This document shows, piece after piece, positions 28,957 to 38,011 of a stretch of DNA of 64,000 nucleotides. The stretch comes from an uncultured Candidatus Rokubacteria bacterium (lineage in GTDB: Bacteria; Methylomirabilota; Methylomirabilia; Rokubacteriales; CSP1-6), in assembly GCA_963754315.1 (NCBI GenBank), contig CAVWFS010000006.1, positions 128,001 to 192,000 of the forward strand. The letters are read 5' to 3'. A program made the position numbers and the translations under genes. Below the pieces are notes generated by a model. That model worked only from the letters and a program-made list of their open reading frames with translations. It did no database searches and had not been told where the DNA came from. Every line of letters begins with the position of its first letter. Position 1 is the first letter of the stretch.

Positions 28957-29733
28957 GTGGACTACGGCTTTGCAGTCTTCGCCGGCGTTACCCCCGAGAT
29001 CATTCGCGCCTCCGCGCGCGAGGCCGAAGGCCTCGGGTTTCGGTCGTTCTGGGTGAACCATCCCGGCTCCGTCGATGGCCTGGTCGCGCTCGACCTGGCT
29101 GCGCGCGAGACGCGGCGTGTCGACCTCGGGATCGGGGTGATCCCCCTCCATACGCGCGGCCCCGAGAGCATCGTCGAGGGTGTGCGCGCCAACCATCTTC
29201 CGCTGGACCGCCTCCTGCTCGGCGTGGGTAGTCCCAATCCGGGGTCCCTCGCTCGTGTCCGATCGGGGATTGCCGCCTTGCGATCCGGACTCGGGTTGCG
29301 TCTCGTCGTGGCGGCGCTAGGGCCTCAGATGTGCCGTCTGGCCGGAGAGGTCGCCGACGGCGTGCTGTTCAACTGGCTCACCCCCGAGCACGCTCGCCTC
29401 TCAGCCGAGTGGGTGCGGGCGGGTGCGGCGGCGGCGGGCCGACGGCCGCCTCGACTCTTCGCCTATGTCCGCGTTGCGCTCGGGGCCGATGCTGGCGTTC
29501 GACTCGAGGAGGAAGGCGCCCGCTATGCGGGCATACCGGCCTACGGTGCGCATTTCGTCCGGATGGGCGTGAAGCCGGTCGAGACGGCGATCGCGGCACC
29601 GGAGCCGCAGGCGATCCCGCCCGCCCTGGCCCGCTGGAACGGCGTGATCGACGAGGTTGTCATTCGGGCCATCACTGCCACTGACACGGTCGAGGAGCAT
29701 CTGGCCCTGCTGCGGGCCGCGAAGCCTGGATAG
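28957..29733 (+). CDS. LLM-class flavin-dependent oxidoreductase (short form)
   Basis: AEGLGFRSFW, LGIGVIP, AALGPQMCRLAGEVADGVLFNW. Confidence 0.85.
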   Translation: MDYGFAVFAGVTPEIIRASAREAEGLGFRSFWVNHPGSVDGLVALDLAARETRRVDLGIGVIPLHTRGPESIVEGVRANHLPLDRLLLGVGSPNPGSLARVRSGIAALRSGLGLRLVVAALGPQMCRLAGEVADGVLFNWLTPEHARLSAEWVRAGAAAAGRRPPRLFAYVRVALGADAGVRLEEEGARYAGIPAYGAHFVRMGVKPVETAIAAPEPQAIPPALARWNGVIDEVVIRAITATDTVEEHLALLRAAKPG

Positions 29734-29750
29734 CTAACCGCGCAGGGAGT

Positions 29751-31559
29751 ATGGGCGGTTTCGAAGCCTGGTGTGCGCGAGGTCGCTCCGCAGTCCGTAG
29801 CGGTCGATTTGCCGAGGCCGAGACGGCCTATCGCGCTGCCATTCGGGCCGATCCTCGAAGCCTCAAAGCCCACCTCGAGCTCAGCATCGTACTGCGCCGC
29901 TGCCGCAAACCAGCTGAGGCAGAGGCCGTGCTGCTCGCCGCGCTCGAGCTCGATCCCCGATCTCCCACCACGCTCTTCGAACTGGGGGTCGCGGTCTTCG
30001 AGCAGGGCAAGTTCGAGGCGGCGGCCCGCACCTTCCGGCAACTGATCCAGGTCCGACCCGACTACGCGCGCGGGCACTTGAACCTCGGACTGGCCCTGGA
30101 ACGTCAGGGTTGCTATGCCGATGCGGAAGCGTCCTTCCGAGAAGCCCTTCGCTTGCGGCCCAACGACCCCGTGGTGCTGGGCAATCTCGGGACCGTGCTC
30201 AGACGACAGCGACGATCCGCCGAGGCCGAGGCGATCTACCGCGACGGCATCATCAGCGGCGCTGATCCCGCCTCCAGCCACACCGAGCTTGGCCGCGTCC
30301 TCTTCGAGCAGCGGCGATACGCCGAGTCCGCCGCCGCCTTTCGGGCTGCCATCGCTCTCCGCCCACGCGACACTCGTTCCCACGTCGGGCTCGGGCTGGC
30401 CTTGGAGCGCCAGGGAAAGCTCTCGGAGGCCCTGACAGCCTTCCGCCACGCGAGCCGGCTTCGACCGACGGACGCCAAGATCTATGAACGGATCGGCACC
30501 ACGCTCAAGAAGCGCAGTCGGTATGCGGAGGCGGTGGAGGCCTTCCGTCATGCGGTCGCCTTGGCCCCCAACAAGGCGCATGCTCACCACCAGCTCGGGG
30601 TGGTACTCGAGCGTCAGGGCCGGTTCGAGGAGGCCATCGCGTCGTTCCGCGATGCCATTCGTCATCGAACGGACAACATCCCGGTCCATGTGAGCCTCGC
30701 CAACACGCTGCGTCGGCTGGGCCGTTGGATGGAAGAGGCTGCCGTCTACGCCGACGCCATCCGCGTGCGACCCGACGACCCCGACCTGCACGCGGAGCGT
30801 GGACTGGCGCTCGGAAGTCTTGGCGAGTATGCCCAGGCCGTTGAGGCGCTCCGCCGCGCCGTGGGGCTGCGTCCGGATGATTCGGAACTCCACTATGAAT
30901 TGGGCGTGGCCCTCGGCCGGCAAGGCAAGCACGCCGAGGCGGAGATCGCATTGCGGGAGGCGGTCCGCCTCCAGCCGAGCTCCATTAAGGCCCGGGCGAA
31001 CCTCGCCCTGGGGCTCGGCCGCCAGGGCCGGCACGCCGAGGCCGAGGCGGCCTACCGTGAGGCCCTTGTCCTGCGGCCGGATCATCCCGCTCTGCGGCGC
31101 GGATTGGGGGTTTCCCTCTACTGGCAGGGCCGCTACGCGGAGGCCGAGGCGGCCTTCACCCAGACCATCCAGCTCAAGCCCGACTACACCAGGGCCCACT
31201 GCGACCTCGGGGAGATGCTCGCCGAGCAACGCCGCCTCCCGGAGGCGGAGGCCGCCTATCAGGGCGCTCTCTCCCTCGACGCCGATTCCGTCACCGCTCA
31301 CGCCGCGCTGGCCGGCATGCTGCTCGGCCAGGGGCGGCTCGAGGAGGCGGAGCACCACTGCCGCGAGGCGCTGCGCGTCGACCCCTCCATGGCCCGGGCT
31401 CATTTCACGCTCTGGGAGATCCTCGAGCAACAGGGCAAGTATGCCGCCCTCGAAGCAGCCGCCCTGGCCGTCCTTGCCCTCAAGCCGGACCATGCCGACG
31501 CTCACGCCCGGTTAACTCGGGCGCGCGCCCTGCAGGCCCGCGAGGGACAGCGCGCCTGA
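29751..31559 (+). CDS. Tetratricopeptide repeat protein
   Basis: ~34-aa repeats (A..LG..L..QGR..EA...R.A..L.P) along the whole length. Confidence 0.88.
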   Translation: MGGFEAWCARGRSAVRSGRFAEAETAYRAAIRADPRSLKAHLELSIVLRRCRKPAEAEAVLLAALELDPRSPTTLFELGVAVFEQGKFEAAARTFRQLIQVRPDYARGHLNLGLALERQGCYADAEASFREALRLRPNDPVVLGNLGTVLRRQRRSAEAEAIYRDGIISGADPASSHTELGRVLFEQRRYAESAAAFRAAIALRPRDTRSHVGLGLALERQGKLSEALTAFRHASRLRPTDAKIYERIGTTLKKRSRYAEAVEAFRHAVALAPNKAHAHHQLGVVLERQGRFEEAIASFRDAIRHRTDNIPVHVSLANTLRRLGRWMEEAAVYADAIRVRPDDPDLHAERGLALGSLGEYAQAVEALRRAVGLRPDDSELHYELGVALGRQGKHAEAEIALREAVRLQPSSIKARANLALGLGRQGRHAEAEAAYREALVLRPDHPALRRGLGVSLYWQGRYAEAEAAFTQTIQLKPDYTRAHCDLGEMLAEQRRLPEAEAAYQGALSLDADSVTAHAALAGMLLGQGRLEEAEHHCREALRVDPSMARAHFTLWEILEQQGKYAALEAAALAVLALKPDHADAHARLTRARALQAREGQRA

Positions 31560-31578
31560 GGGGGCCCCGCCGTGCGTC

Positions 31579-31607
31579 TTGCCTCCGTCGGGTGGTTCAG
31601 GTAGCCT
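31579..31607 (+). promoter_or_regulatory. Putative sigma70 promoter
   Basis: TTGCCT-17 bp-TAGCCT. Confidence 0.45.
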
Positions 31608-31652
31608 TGGCGAACTTCCCGGAGAACACCTAGCGCGGAGGGCGCCAGCGAC

Positions 31653-31850
31653 ATGGCCAGACTCCCCATCGATGCCGTCGAGAGGATGGTGGCCGAGCGA
31701 CCCGGTAGCACCCTGGAGAGCGCGCTCGAGGTGTTCGAGGTCTTCGCCAGTGGTTCGCTGACGGACGAGGTCTATATCCTGGAGGACGTCGGGGGCAAGC
31801 GCATCGCCATCGCCCCCGCTGCCCTCAAGGAAAAGTTTCGCAGGGGGTGA
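31653..31850 (+). CDS. Small hypothetical protein (65 aa)
   Basis: GGAGG upstream, protein-like composition, ends 4 bp before the next gene. Confidence 0.7.
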   Translation: MARLPIDAVERMVAERPGSTLESALEVFEVFASGSLTDEVYILEDVGGKRIAIAPAALKEKFRRG

Positions 31851-31854
31851 CATC

Positions 31855-32682
31855 ATGGCGATCATCACGATCTCGCATCAGATGGGAGCGGGCGGGCCCG
31901 AGATCGGCATGGCCCTGGGCCAGCGGCTCGGGTTCCACTACGTCGACCAGGAATTGCTCTCCGACGCCGTGCGCCGTTACGGAGTCGCCGAAGAAAAGCT
32001 CTCGCATCTCGACGAGACCAAGCCCTCCCTCTTCGAGCGCTTCGACACGGAGACCCGTTACTACATCACCGTTCTCCAAACGACCCTGCTCGAGTTTGCC
32101 GAGGCGGACAATGTCGTGCTGATGGGGCGGGGCGGTCAATGGCTGCTCCGAGGCATCCCACACGTGCTACGCGTCCGCATCATCGCCCCCTTCGAGCAGC
32201 GGGTACGCCGGTGGATAAAGCGCACGACGGAACTCACCGGCGAGACCCCGAACCAGCGGGCGGTGGTCGATCTCATCCGTCGAGACGACGGCGAGAAGTC
32301 CGGGCGCATGCGGTACCTCTACGAGGTCGACCTGGCTGATCCTACGTTGTACGAGGTCGTGGTGAATACCGAGAAGCTGAAGTGCGAGGCGGTGGTGGAG
32401 ATGATCGAGCGCGTGGCATCCCGCCCCGAGATGGCCATCACGGACGGGGGGCGGCGAGTCGTGGCGTCACGCGCCCTGGCCTCGCGCGTCCAGGTGGCCC
32501 TCGCAACCCACCCCGAGACCCGCCGCTATCGCATCAGCGTGGAGGCCGAGGACGGCGTGGTGGTGCTGGAGGGAACGGCGGCTCTCGAACGGGCCGTCGA
32601 AGTGGCACGCGGCGTAACTGGCGTGATGCAGGTGAAGACCCAGCAGGTGGATATTCCCCCCATTCCGCCCTTCGTGGCTTGA
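31855..32682 (+). CDS. Cytidylate kinase-like family protein with C-terminal BON-like domain
   Basis: IITISHQMGAGG, VVLMGRGG, VRIIAP, DPTLYEVVVNT; C-terminal ISVEAEDGVVVLEG..ARGVTGV. Confidence 0.75.
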   Translation: MAIITISHQMGAGGPEIGMALGQRLGFHYVDQELLSDAVRRYGVAEEKLSHLDETKPSLFERFDTETRYYITVLQTTLLEFAEADNVVLMGRGGQWLLRGIPHVLRVRIIAPFEQRVRRWIKRTTELTGETPNQRAVVDLIRRDDGEKSGRMRYLYEVDLADPTLYEVVVNTEKLKCEAVVEMIERVASRPEMAITDGGRRVVASRALASRVQVALATHPETRRYRISVEAEDGVVVLEGTAALERAVEVARGVTGVMQVKTQQVDIPPIPPFVA

Positions 32683-32695
32683 GGGGGGGTCGCGG

Positions 32696-33872
32696 TCAGC
32701 GGGTGGGGCTGGGGCTGTCGGGAGCCTCGGCGATGGTCAACTCGGCGGAGCGCTTCTGCCGGTCACGGATGATCTCGAGGGGAACCTTCTTGCCGACCTC
32801 GGCGTCCGCCGACAGACGCTGGAAGTGGCGATAATCTTCGACGGGCACGCCGCCGAAGGCGACGATGACATCCTGCTTCTGAAGCCCGGCCGCCGCCGCC
32901 GGGCTACCGGGCTGGATGCGCGAGACGATGGCGCCGCGCGTATCAGGCAGGCCTAGGGACTCTGCAAGTTCGCGTGTCAACGCCTGTGTCTCGGCTCCGG
33001 TCCAGCCCCGGGTGACCTTGCCGCGGTCCACCAGTTGGGCCGTGACCCGCTTGACCATGCTGGCGGGGATCGCAAAACCGATTCCCTGCCCGGTCGCCAC
33101 GATGGCGGTGTTGATTCCGATGACCTCGCCGCGCAGGTTGACGAGCGGGCCTCCCGAATTGCCGGGGTTGATCGAGGCGTCCGTCTGAATGAAGTTTTCG
33201 TACGTGGCAATACCCACGTCGGCTCGCCCCACGGCGCTGACCACGCCCACCGTGACCGTCTGATCGAGCCCGAACGGATTCCCGATAGCGATGGCCCATT
33301 CGCCCACCCGCGAGCGTATCGGAGTTGCCCAGTTGGGCTACCCGTAGCTCAGTGCGCTCGGGATCGAAGCGGACCACCGCCAGATCGGTCTTGGCGTCGC
33401 TCCCCACGACGCGGCCGCGAAACTCCTCCTTGGAGGAGAGCCGGATGATGACGGCATCGGCGCCCTTCACGACGTGGAAGTTCGTGATGACGTAACCGCG
33501 CTTGTCGATGATGACCCCCGACCCGAGACCCGGTGTGCGAAACTCACCCGGCGCCTCTGGCCCGCGCGGCCCGAAGAACTGGTCAAAGAAGTCCTTGAAG
33601 GACGGATCGTTGGCGAATGGGCCGGCGCCCGCCGGTGGTCGTCGGGGACGGGCAACCTGGACCGTTCCGACGTGGACAACAGCCGGCCGAACCTGTCCCG
33701 CCACCGCCACAATCGCTTCCTGGAGGGCGTCGGCGGTTGACATCGGCGACGGTGCCGTCGGGGCGGGTCTGGCGGTCGCTCCTGTCCACAACGCATGCGC
33801 CCAGAATCCGGCACCGGCACAGGCGATCAGCGCGATGACGAACAGAAGGGATCTCGCGACTCGGGGCGTCAT
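32696..33872 (-). CDS. DegP/HtrA serine protease with one PDZ domain; frameshift near 33310
   Basis: [42 protein letters not shown]. Confidence 0.92.
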
Positions 33873-33880
33873 GGAGGCCC

Positions 33881-33910
33881 AGCATAGGAACGGCGGGAGC
33901 CAGGTGTCAA
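33881..33910 (-). promoter_or_regulatory. Putative sigma70 promoter for the degP-like gene (near-leaderless)
   Basis: TTGACA-18 bp-TATGCT, 8 nt before ATG. Confidence 0.55.
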
Positions 33911-33947
33911 ATCCTCATCACCCGGTAGAATAGACGCGAGGGAGTCA

Positions 33948-34524
33948 GTGACGATGCCCACTCGACGAGGCTCGACGGTGACGGCGAGGGCGCGGAAGAT
34001 CCGCCTCCTGGTCATGGACGTCGACGGTGTCCTCACCGACGGCCGCATGGCGCTCAGCGAGCATGGCGACGAGCTGAAATCCTTTTCCTCGCGCGACGGG
34101 ATCGCGGTGTCCCTTGCCCGCCGGGCCGGCATCACGACGGCCTTCGTGACCGGCGAAACCAGCACCATCGGCAAGGTGCGCGGCAGCCGTCTGGGCATCG
34201 ACCATGTGCTCCTCGGGGCACGCCGCAAGGGTGAGAGCGTCGATCAGTTGATGCGAGAGCACGGACTGGCTCCTGAAGCTGTCGCCTACGTTGGTGACGA
34301 TCTGCTGGACATTCCGGCTTTGCAACGGTGCGGCCTGGCTGTGGCGGTCGCTGACGCCGCGCCCGAGGTCAGAACAGTGGCCCACTTCGTGACCCGAGCG
34401 CGGGGAGGGCAGGGTGTTGTGCGCGAACTTGTGGAGTTGATTCTGCGAGCGCAGGGCGTGTGGACGATCGACCGTCGACAAGTATCTGGAAGACCATGGC
34501 GGCCGCCCCTTGTCGGAGTCATGA
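33948..34524 (+). CDS. kdsC: KDO-8-phosphate phosphatase (HAD); frameshift near 34468
   Basis: MDVDGVLTDG, YVGDDLLD, AVADA, GGQGVVRE; shifted frame ends in TGA overlapping the next ATG. Confidence 0.85.
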
Positions 34525-35072
34525 ACCGGGTGCGCTCTCGCCTGGCACGCCTGTGGACGGGTGGCCGCTTTCGCGATGCCCTCCACCTGAACGATCCGAC
34601 CTGGCGCCTGGCCCTCTCGTTGGCGGTCGGCGTGTTCATCAGCTTCACGCCGTTCTACGGGCTGCAGACCGTGCTGGCAATCGTGGTCGCCGTGGTCTGC
34701 CGGCTCAATCGAGCGGCGACCGTGGCCGGGACGTGGCTGAACCTACCCTGGTTCGCCCCGCTGATCTATGCGGGAGCGCTGAGGTTCGGCACCCTCATTC
34801 TGCCCGATCCCTCCGGGGAGAGAGGAATGTGGCTGACCCAGCTGCTAACGCGGCCGGGGAGCTTTGAATGGCGCGATCTGCCAATCCTGCTCGATCATGT
34901 CTCGCTTCCCCTGCTGGTCGGCACCAGCGTGCTCGGCGGCGTCGCCAGCCTGGTAACGTATGTCGTTTCGTTCCACCTCATCGCGCGGCGACGAGAGTCG
35001 TTCTATTGGGGGGCCTCGAAAGGGCCTCCCAATGGAAAGGGTTCTGTGAAGGGAAGGGAGCCATTCAAATGA
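34521..35072 (+). CDS. DUF2062-like membrane protein
   Basis: LALSLAVGVFISFTPFYGLQT, RLNR, GTWLNLPW. Confidence 0.75.
   Translation: MNRVRSRLARLWTGGRFRDALHLNDPTWRLALSLAVGVFISFTPFYGLQTVLAIVVAVVCRLNRAATVAGTWLNLPWFAPLIYAGALRFGTLILPDPSGERGMWLTQLLTRPGSFEWRDLPILLDHVSLPLLVGTSVLGGVASLVTYVVSFHLIARRRESFYWGASKGPPNGKGSVKGREPFK
35005..35033 (-). repeat. Partial (hairpin-2) copy of the REP-like element in reverse orientation
   Basis: Minus strand attgggaggccctttcgaggccccccaatagaac versus attggggggccatgttcggggccccccaatacaac at 49953. Confidence 0.65.
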
Positions 35073-35935
35073 TGGTTCGCAAGGGGGTGTTTCCTGCGGC
35101 TGGACTGGGTACCCGATTTCTGCCCGCCACCAAAGCTCAGCCGAAGGAGATGCTGCCTATCGTCGACAAGCCGACGATCCAGTACGTCGTCGAGGAAGCG
35201 GTGGCCTCCGGCCTCTCCGAGATCATCATCGTGACGGGGCGCAACAAGCGCGCCATCGAAGACCATTTCGACGCCGCGTTTGAGCTGGAGTACTACCTGG
35301 CCGACCGGGGCAAGCTCGAGGAGCTCGCTCAGATCAGGACCATCTCCGAGCTGGCTTCCGTGTGCTATGTACGCCAGAAAGAACCCTTGGGTCTCGGGCA
35401 CGCGATTCTGTGCGCCCGAGCGCTGGTGGGCGAAGAGCCGTTCGCGGTCTTCCTCGGCGACGACATCATCGGCCGGGCACGTACTCCCTGCATGCGCCAA
35501 CTCCTCGACGTCTTTGCGAGTTACGGTGGACCCGTCGTCGCCGTGGAACAGGTGCCCCGGGAGAGGATCCATCAGTACGGCGTGATCGCCGGCCGGCATC
35601 TCGGCCAGAACGTGTACGAGATCACGGATCTGGTGGAGAAGCCGAACGCCCAGGAGGCGCCGTCGGACCTGGCCATCATCGGCCGCTATGTCCTCACCCC
35701 CGAGATTTTTGGGATTCTGGCGGACACGGCCGCCGATGCCCGCGGGGAAATTCAGCTCACCGATGGGCTCAGGACGTTGCGGACCCGCCGCCCGATGTAT
35801 GCAGTGCAGTTCGACGGGCGCCGCTACGACACCGGGGACAAGCTTGGGTTCCTGAAGGCCACTGTGGAGTTTGCCCTCGATCGGGCAGACCTGGCCGAAG
35901 AGTTTCGCCGCTATCTCAAGTCGCTCGATCTATGA
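35069..35935 (+). CDS. galU: UTP--glucose-1-phosphate uridylyltransferase
   Basis: AAGLGTRFLPATKAQPKEMLP, QKEPLGLGHA, LVEKP, GEIQLTD. Confidence 0.96.
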   Translation: MMVRKGVFPAAGLGTRFLPATKAQPKEMLPIVDKPTIQYVVEEAVASGLSEIIIVTGRNKRAIEDHFDAAFELEYYLADRGKLEELAQIRTISELASVCYVRQKEPLGLGHAILCARALVGEEPFAVFLGDDIIGRARTPCMRQLLDVFASYGGPVVAVEQVPRERIHQYGVIAGRHLGQNVYEITDLVEKPNAQEAPSDLAIIGRYVLTPEIFGILADTAADARGEIQLTDGLRTLRTRRPMYAVQFDGRRYDTGDKLGFLKATVEFALDRADLAEEFRRYLKSLDL

Positions 35936-36020
35936 GCCCGGGGATGGCGGCGCGTTGACTTGATTCGGGGGTTCTGCCACACTTTCGGCACTTTTGGGCC
36001 GGAACAATGGCCCGTCGATC

Positions 36021-37229
36021 ATGGCCAAGACTCCACGACGACCGTTTCACACCGCCTCCGACGCCGACATCAGGCGGGGCCTGGTGTCAGACGTCTATTT
36101 CGCGCGTACTGTCCAGATCCTCGAGGCGCGCGCCGACCGCAAGCGGGTGAAGGCCGAGGTGTACGTCAAGAGTTTGCCCGAAGACTGGGGCTGGGGAGTG
36201 CTGGCAGGTATCGAGGAGGTCGCCGGGCTGTTGGAGGGGCTCCCAATAAGCGCCTGGTCGATGGACGAGGGGACTGTTTTCGCGCCCTACCAGCCGGTGC
36301 TCGTGGTGGAGGGGACGTACGTGGAATGGGCACAGTACGAGACAGCCCTGCTGGGTCTCCTGTGCCAGGCGTCGGGTGTGGCCACCAAGGCGGCACGCTG
36401 CAAGAAGGCAGCCGGCGAGCGTCAGGTCATCTCGTTCGGGGCGCGCCGCATGCACCCGGCGCTGGCGCCCATGATCGAGCGCAACGCTTTCATCGGAGGC
36501 TGCGACGGCGTGGCCGTCACCAAGTCGGCCGAGCTGATCGACGCCGACCCCATGGGGACGATTCCCCACTCCCTCGTGCTCATGATCGGCGATACCGTGG
36601 AGGCTTTGGCGGCATTTCACGAGGTGGTCGATCCCAAGGTGCGTCGGGTCGCACTCATCGACACCTTGCTGGACGAGAAGTTCGAGGCCATCCGTGTGGC
36701 CCAGGCGCTCGGCAAGGACCTGTATGCCGTCCGCCTGGACACCCCCTCCTCGCGGCGAGGTGACTTCTATCGCATCCTGGAGGAGGTGCGCTGGGAGCTG
36801 GACCTGCGCGGGTTCCAGCACGTCAAGCTGGTGGCCTCGGGCGGCATTGACGAATACGAGATCCTGCGCCTGAATCCGCTGGTGGATTCCTACGGGGTCG
36901 GCACGTCGCTGGCCAGTGCTCCCGTGCTCAACTTCGCGCTGGATATCATGGAGATCGAGGGAAGCCCCGTGGCCAAGCGCGGAAAGTGGTCGGGGGCCAA
37001 AGCCCTCTATCGTCGTCGGGGAGCGCTGGACACGGTCGTGCTACCGGCGGCTCAAAGCGCACCCGCCGCGAATGGCCCCTGGGACCGGCTCCTGAAACCG
37101 CTCGTGGAGGATGGCCGTATCGTGCGGGATCTGCCGCCACCGCGGACGATTCGTGAGTTCGTGCTGGACCAGCTCGCGCTGGTGTCGTTCGACAGCCTGC
37201 GCCGACACGGCCTGAGGTCGGATTTCTGA
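36021..37229 (+). CDS. pncB: Nicotinate phosphoribosyltransferase
   Basis: SDVYF, FGARR, GTIPHS, LIDT, VRLDT, SGG, GVGT. Confidence 0.9.
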   Translation: MAKTPRRPFHTASDADIRRGLVSDVYFARTVQILEARADRKRVKAEVYVKSLPEDWGWGVLAGIEEVAGLLEGLPISAWSMDEGTVFAPYQPVLVVEGTYVEWAQYETALLGLLCQASGVATKAARCKKAAGERQVISFGARRMHPALAPMIERNAFIGGCDGVAVTKSAELIDADPMGTIPHSLVLMIGDTVEALAAFHEVVDPKVRRVALIDTLLDEKFEAIRVAQALGKDLYAVRLDTPSSRRGDFYRILEEVRWELDLRGFQHVKLVASGGIDEYEILRLNPLVDSYGVGTSLASAPVLNFALDIMEIEGSPVAKRGKWSGAKALYRRRGALDTVVLPAAQSAPAANGPWDRLLKPLVEDGRIVRDLPPPRTIREFVLDQLALVSFDSLRRHGLRSDF

Positions 37230-38011
37230 CGAGCATTCTTGATTCGATCGTCGCCGACAAGCGGGTGGAGATCGAGCGCCACCGCACGCAGACGCCACGG
37301 GCTGCCCTCGAGCGCCGCTGCCGCGAGCTTGGCGCGACGCGTGACTTCGAGGCGGCTCTGACGCCGGCACCGGGCGAGGTCCGCCTCATCGCCGAGGTCA
37401 AGAAGGCCTCGCCCTCGCGCGGTGTACTCGCCGAGGTCTGGGACCCGGTCAGCCTGGCCTCGACGTACGCCCGTCATGGCGCGGCCGCCATCTCGGTGCT
37501 CACCGACGAGAAGTACTTTCAGGGGAGCCTCGACCTGCTGGCGGCGATCCGCGCAGCAGTGTCGGTGCCCCTGCTGCGCAAAGACTTCATGCTCGATGAG
37601 TACCAGCTGTGGGAGTCGCGCGCGGTCGGTGCCGATGCCATCCTTCTCATCGTGGCTATTCTCGACACACCGCACCTGTCCGATCTCCTTGCAGGCGCCA
37701 AGGAAATTGGCTTGGCCGCCCTCGTCGAAGCCCATACCCCCGCCGAGGTGGAGACGGCCCTCTCGGTGGGGGCGCGCATCATCGGCCTCAACAACCGCGA
37801 TCTCCGGACGTTCCAGACGCGCATCGAGACGACGCTGTCGCTGCTGCCCCTGATCCCCAGCGGGCCCATTGTGGTGAGCGAGAGCGGCTTTGCCCACGCG
37901 GCCGACGTGCGGCGCGTCGTGGCGGCGGGCATCCACGCCGTGTTGGTCGGTGAGGGGCTCGTGACCGCACCGGACGTGGGCGCCAAGGTCCGGGAGTTGG
38001 CATTGACGTGA
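37226..38011 (+). CDS. trpC: Indole-3-glycerol phosphate synthase (probable CTG start)
   Basis: ILDSIVADK, IAEVKKASPSRG, SVLTD..YFQGS, LRKDF, GLNNRDL, VSESG. Confidence 0.95.
   Translation: MTSILDSIVADKRVEIERHRTQTPRAALERRCRELGATRDFEAALTPAPGEVRLIAEVKKASPSRGVLAEVWDPVSLASTYARHGAAAISVLTDEKYFQGSLDLLAAIRAAVSVPLLRKDFMLDEYQLWESRAVGADAILLIVAILDTPHLSDLLAGAKEIGLAALVEAHTPAEVETALSVGARIIGLNNRDLRTFQTRIETTLSLLPLIPSGPIVVSESGFAHAADVRRVVAAGIHAVLVGEGLVTAPDVGAKVRELALT

Noticed and set aside
29541..31505. Long antisense ORFs (654 aa here; also 50749-53208, 10385-12178, 54360-55943 and others)
   Set aside because: Shadow frames of real genes in GC-rich DNA with no recognisable motifs.
33948..35072. KdsC-DUF2062 fusion (374-aa ORF)
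   Set aside because: The shifted frame gives a plausible KdsC tail (TVDKYLEDHGG..) ending in a TGA that overlaps ATG 34521; an indel artifact.
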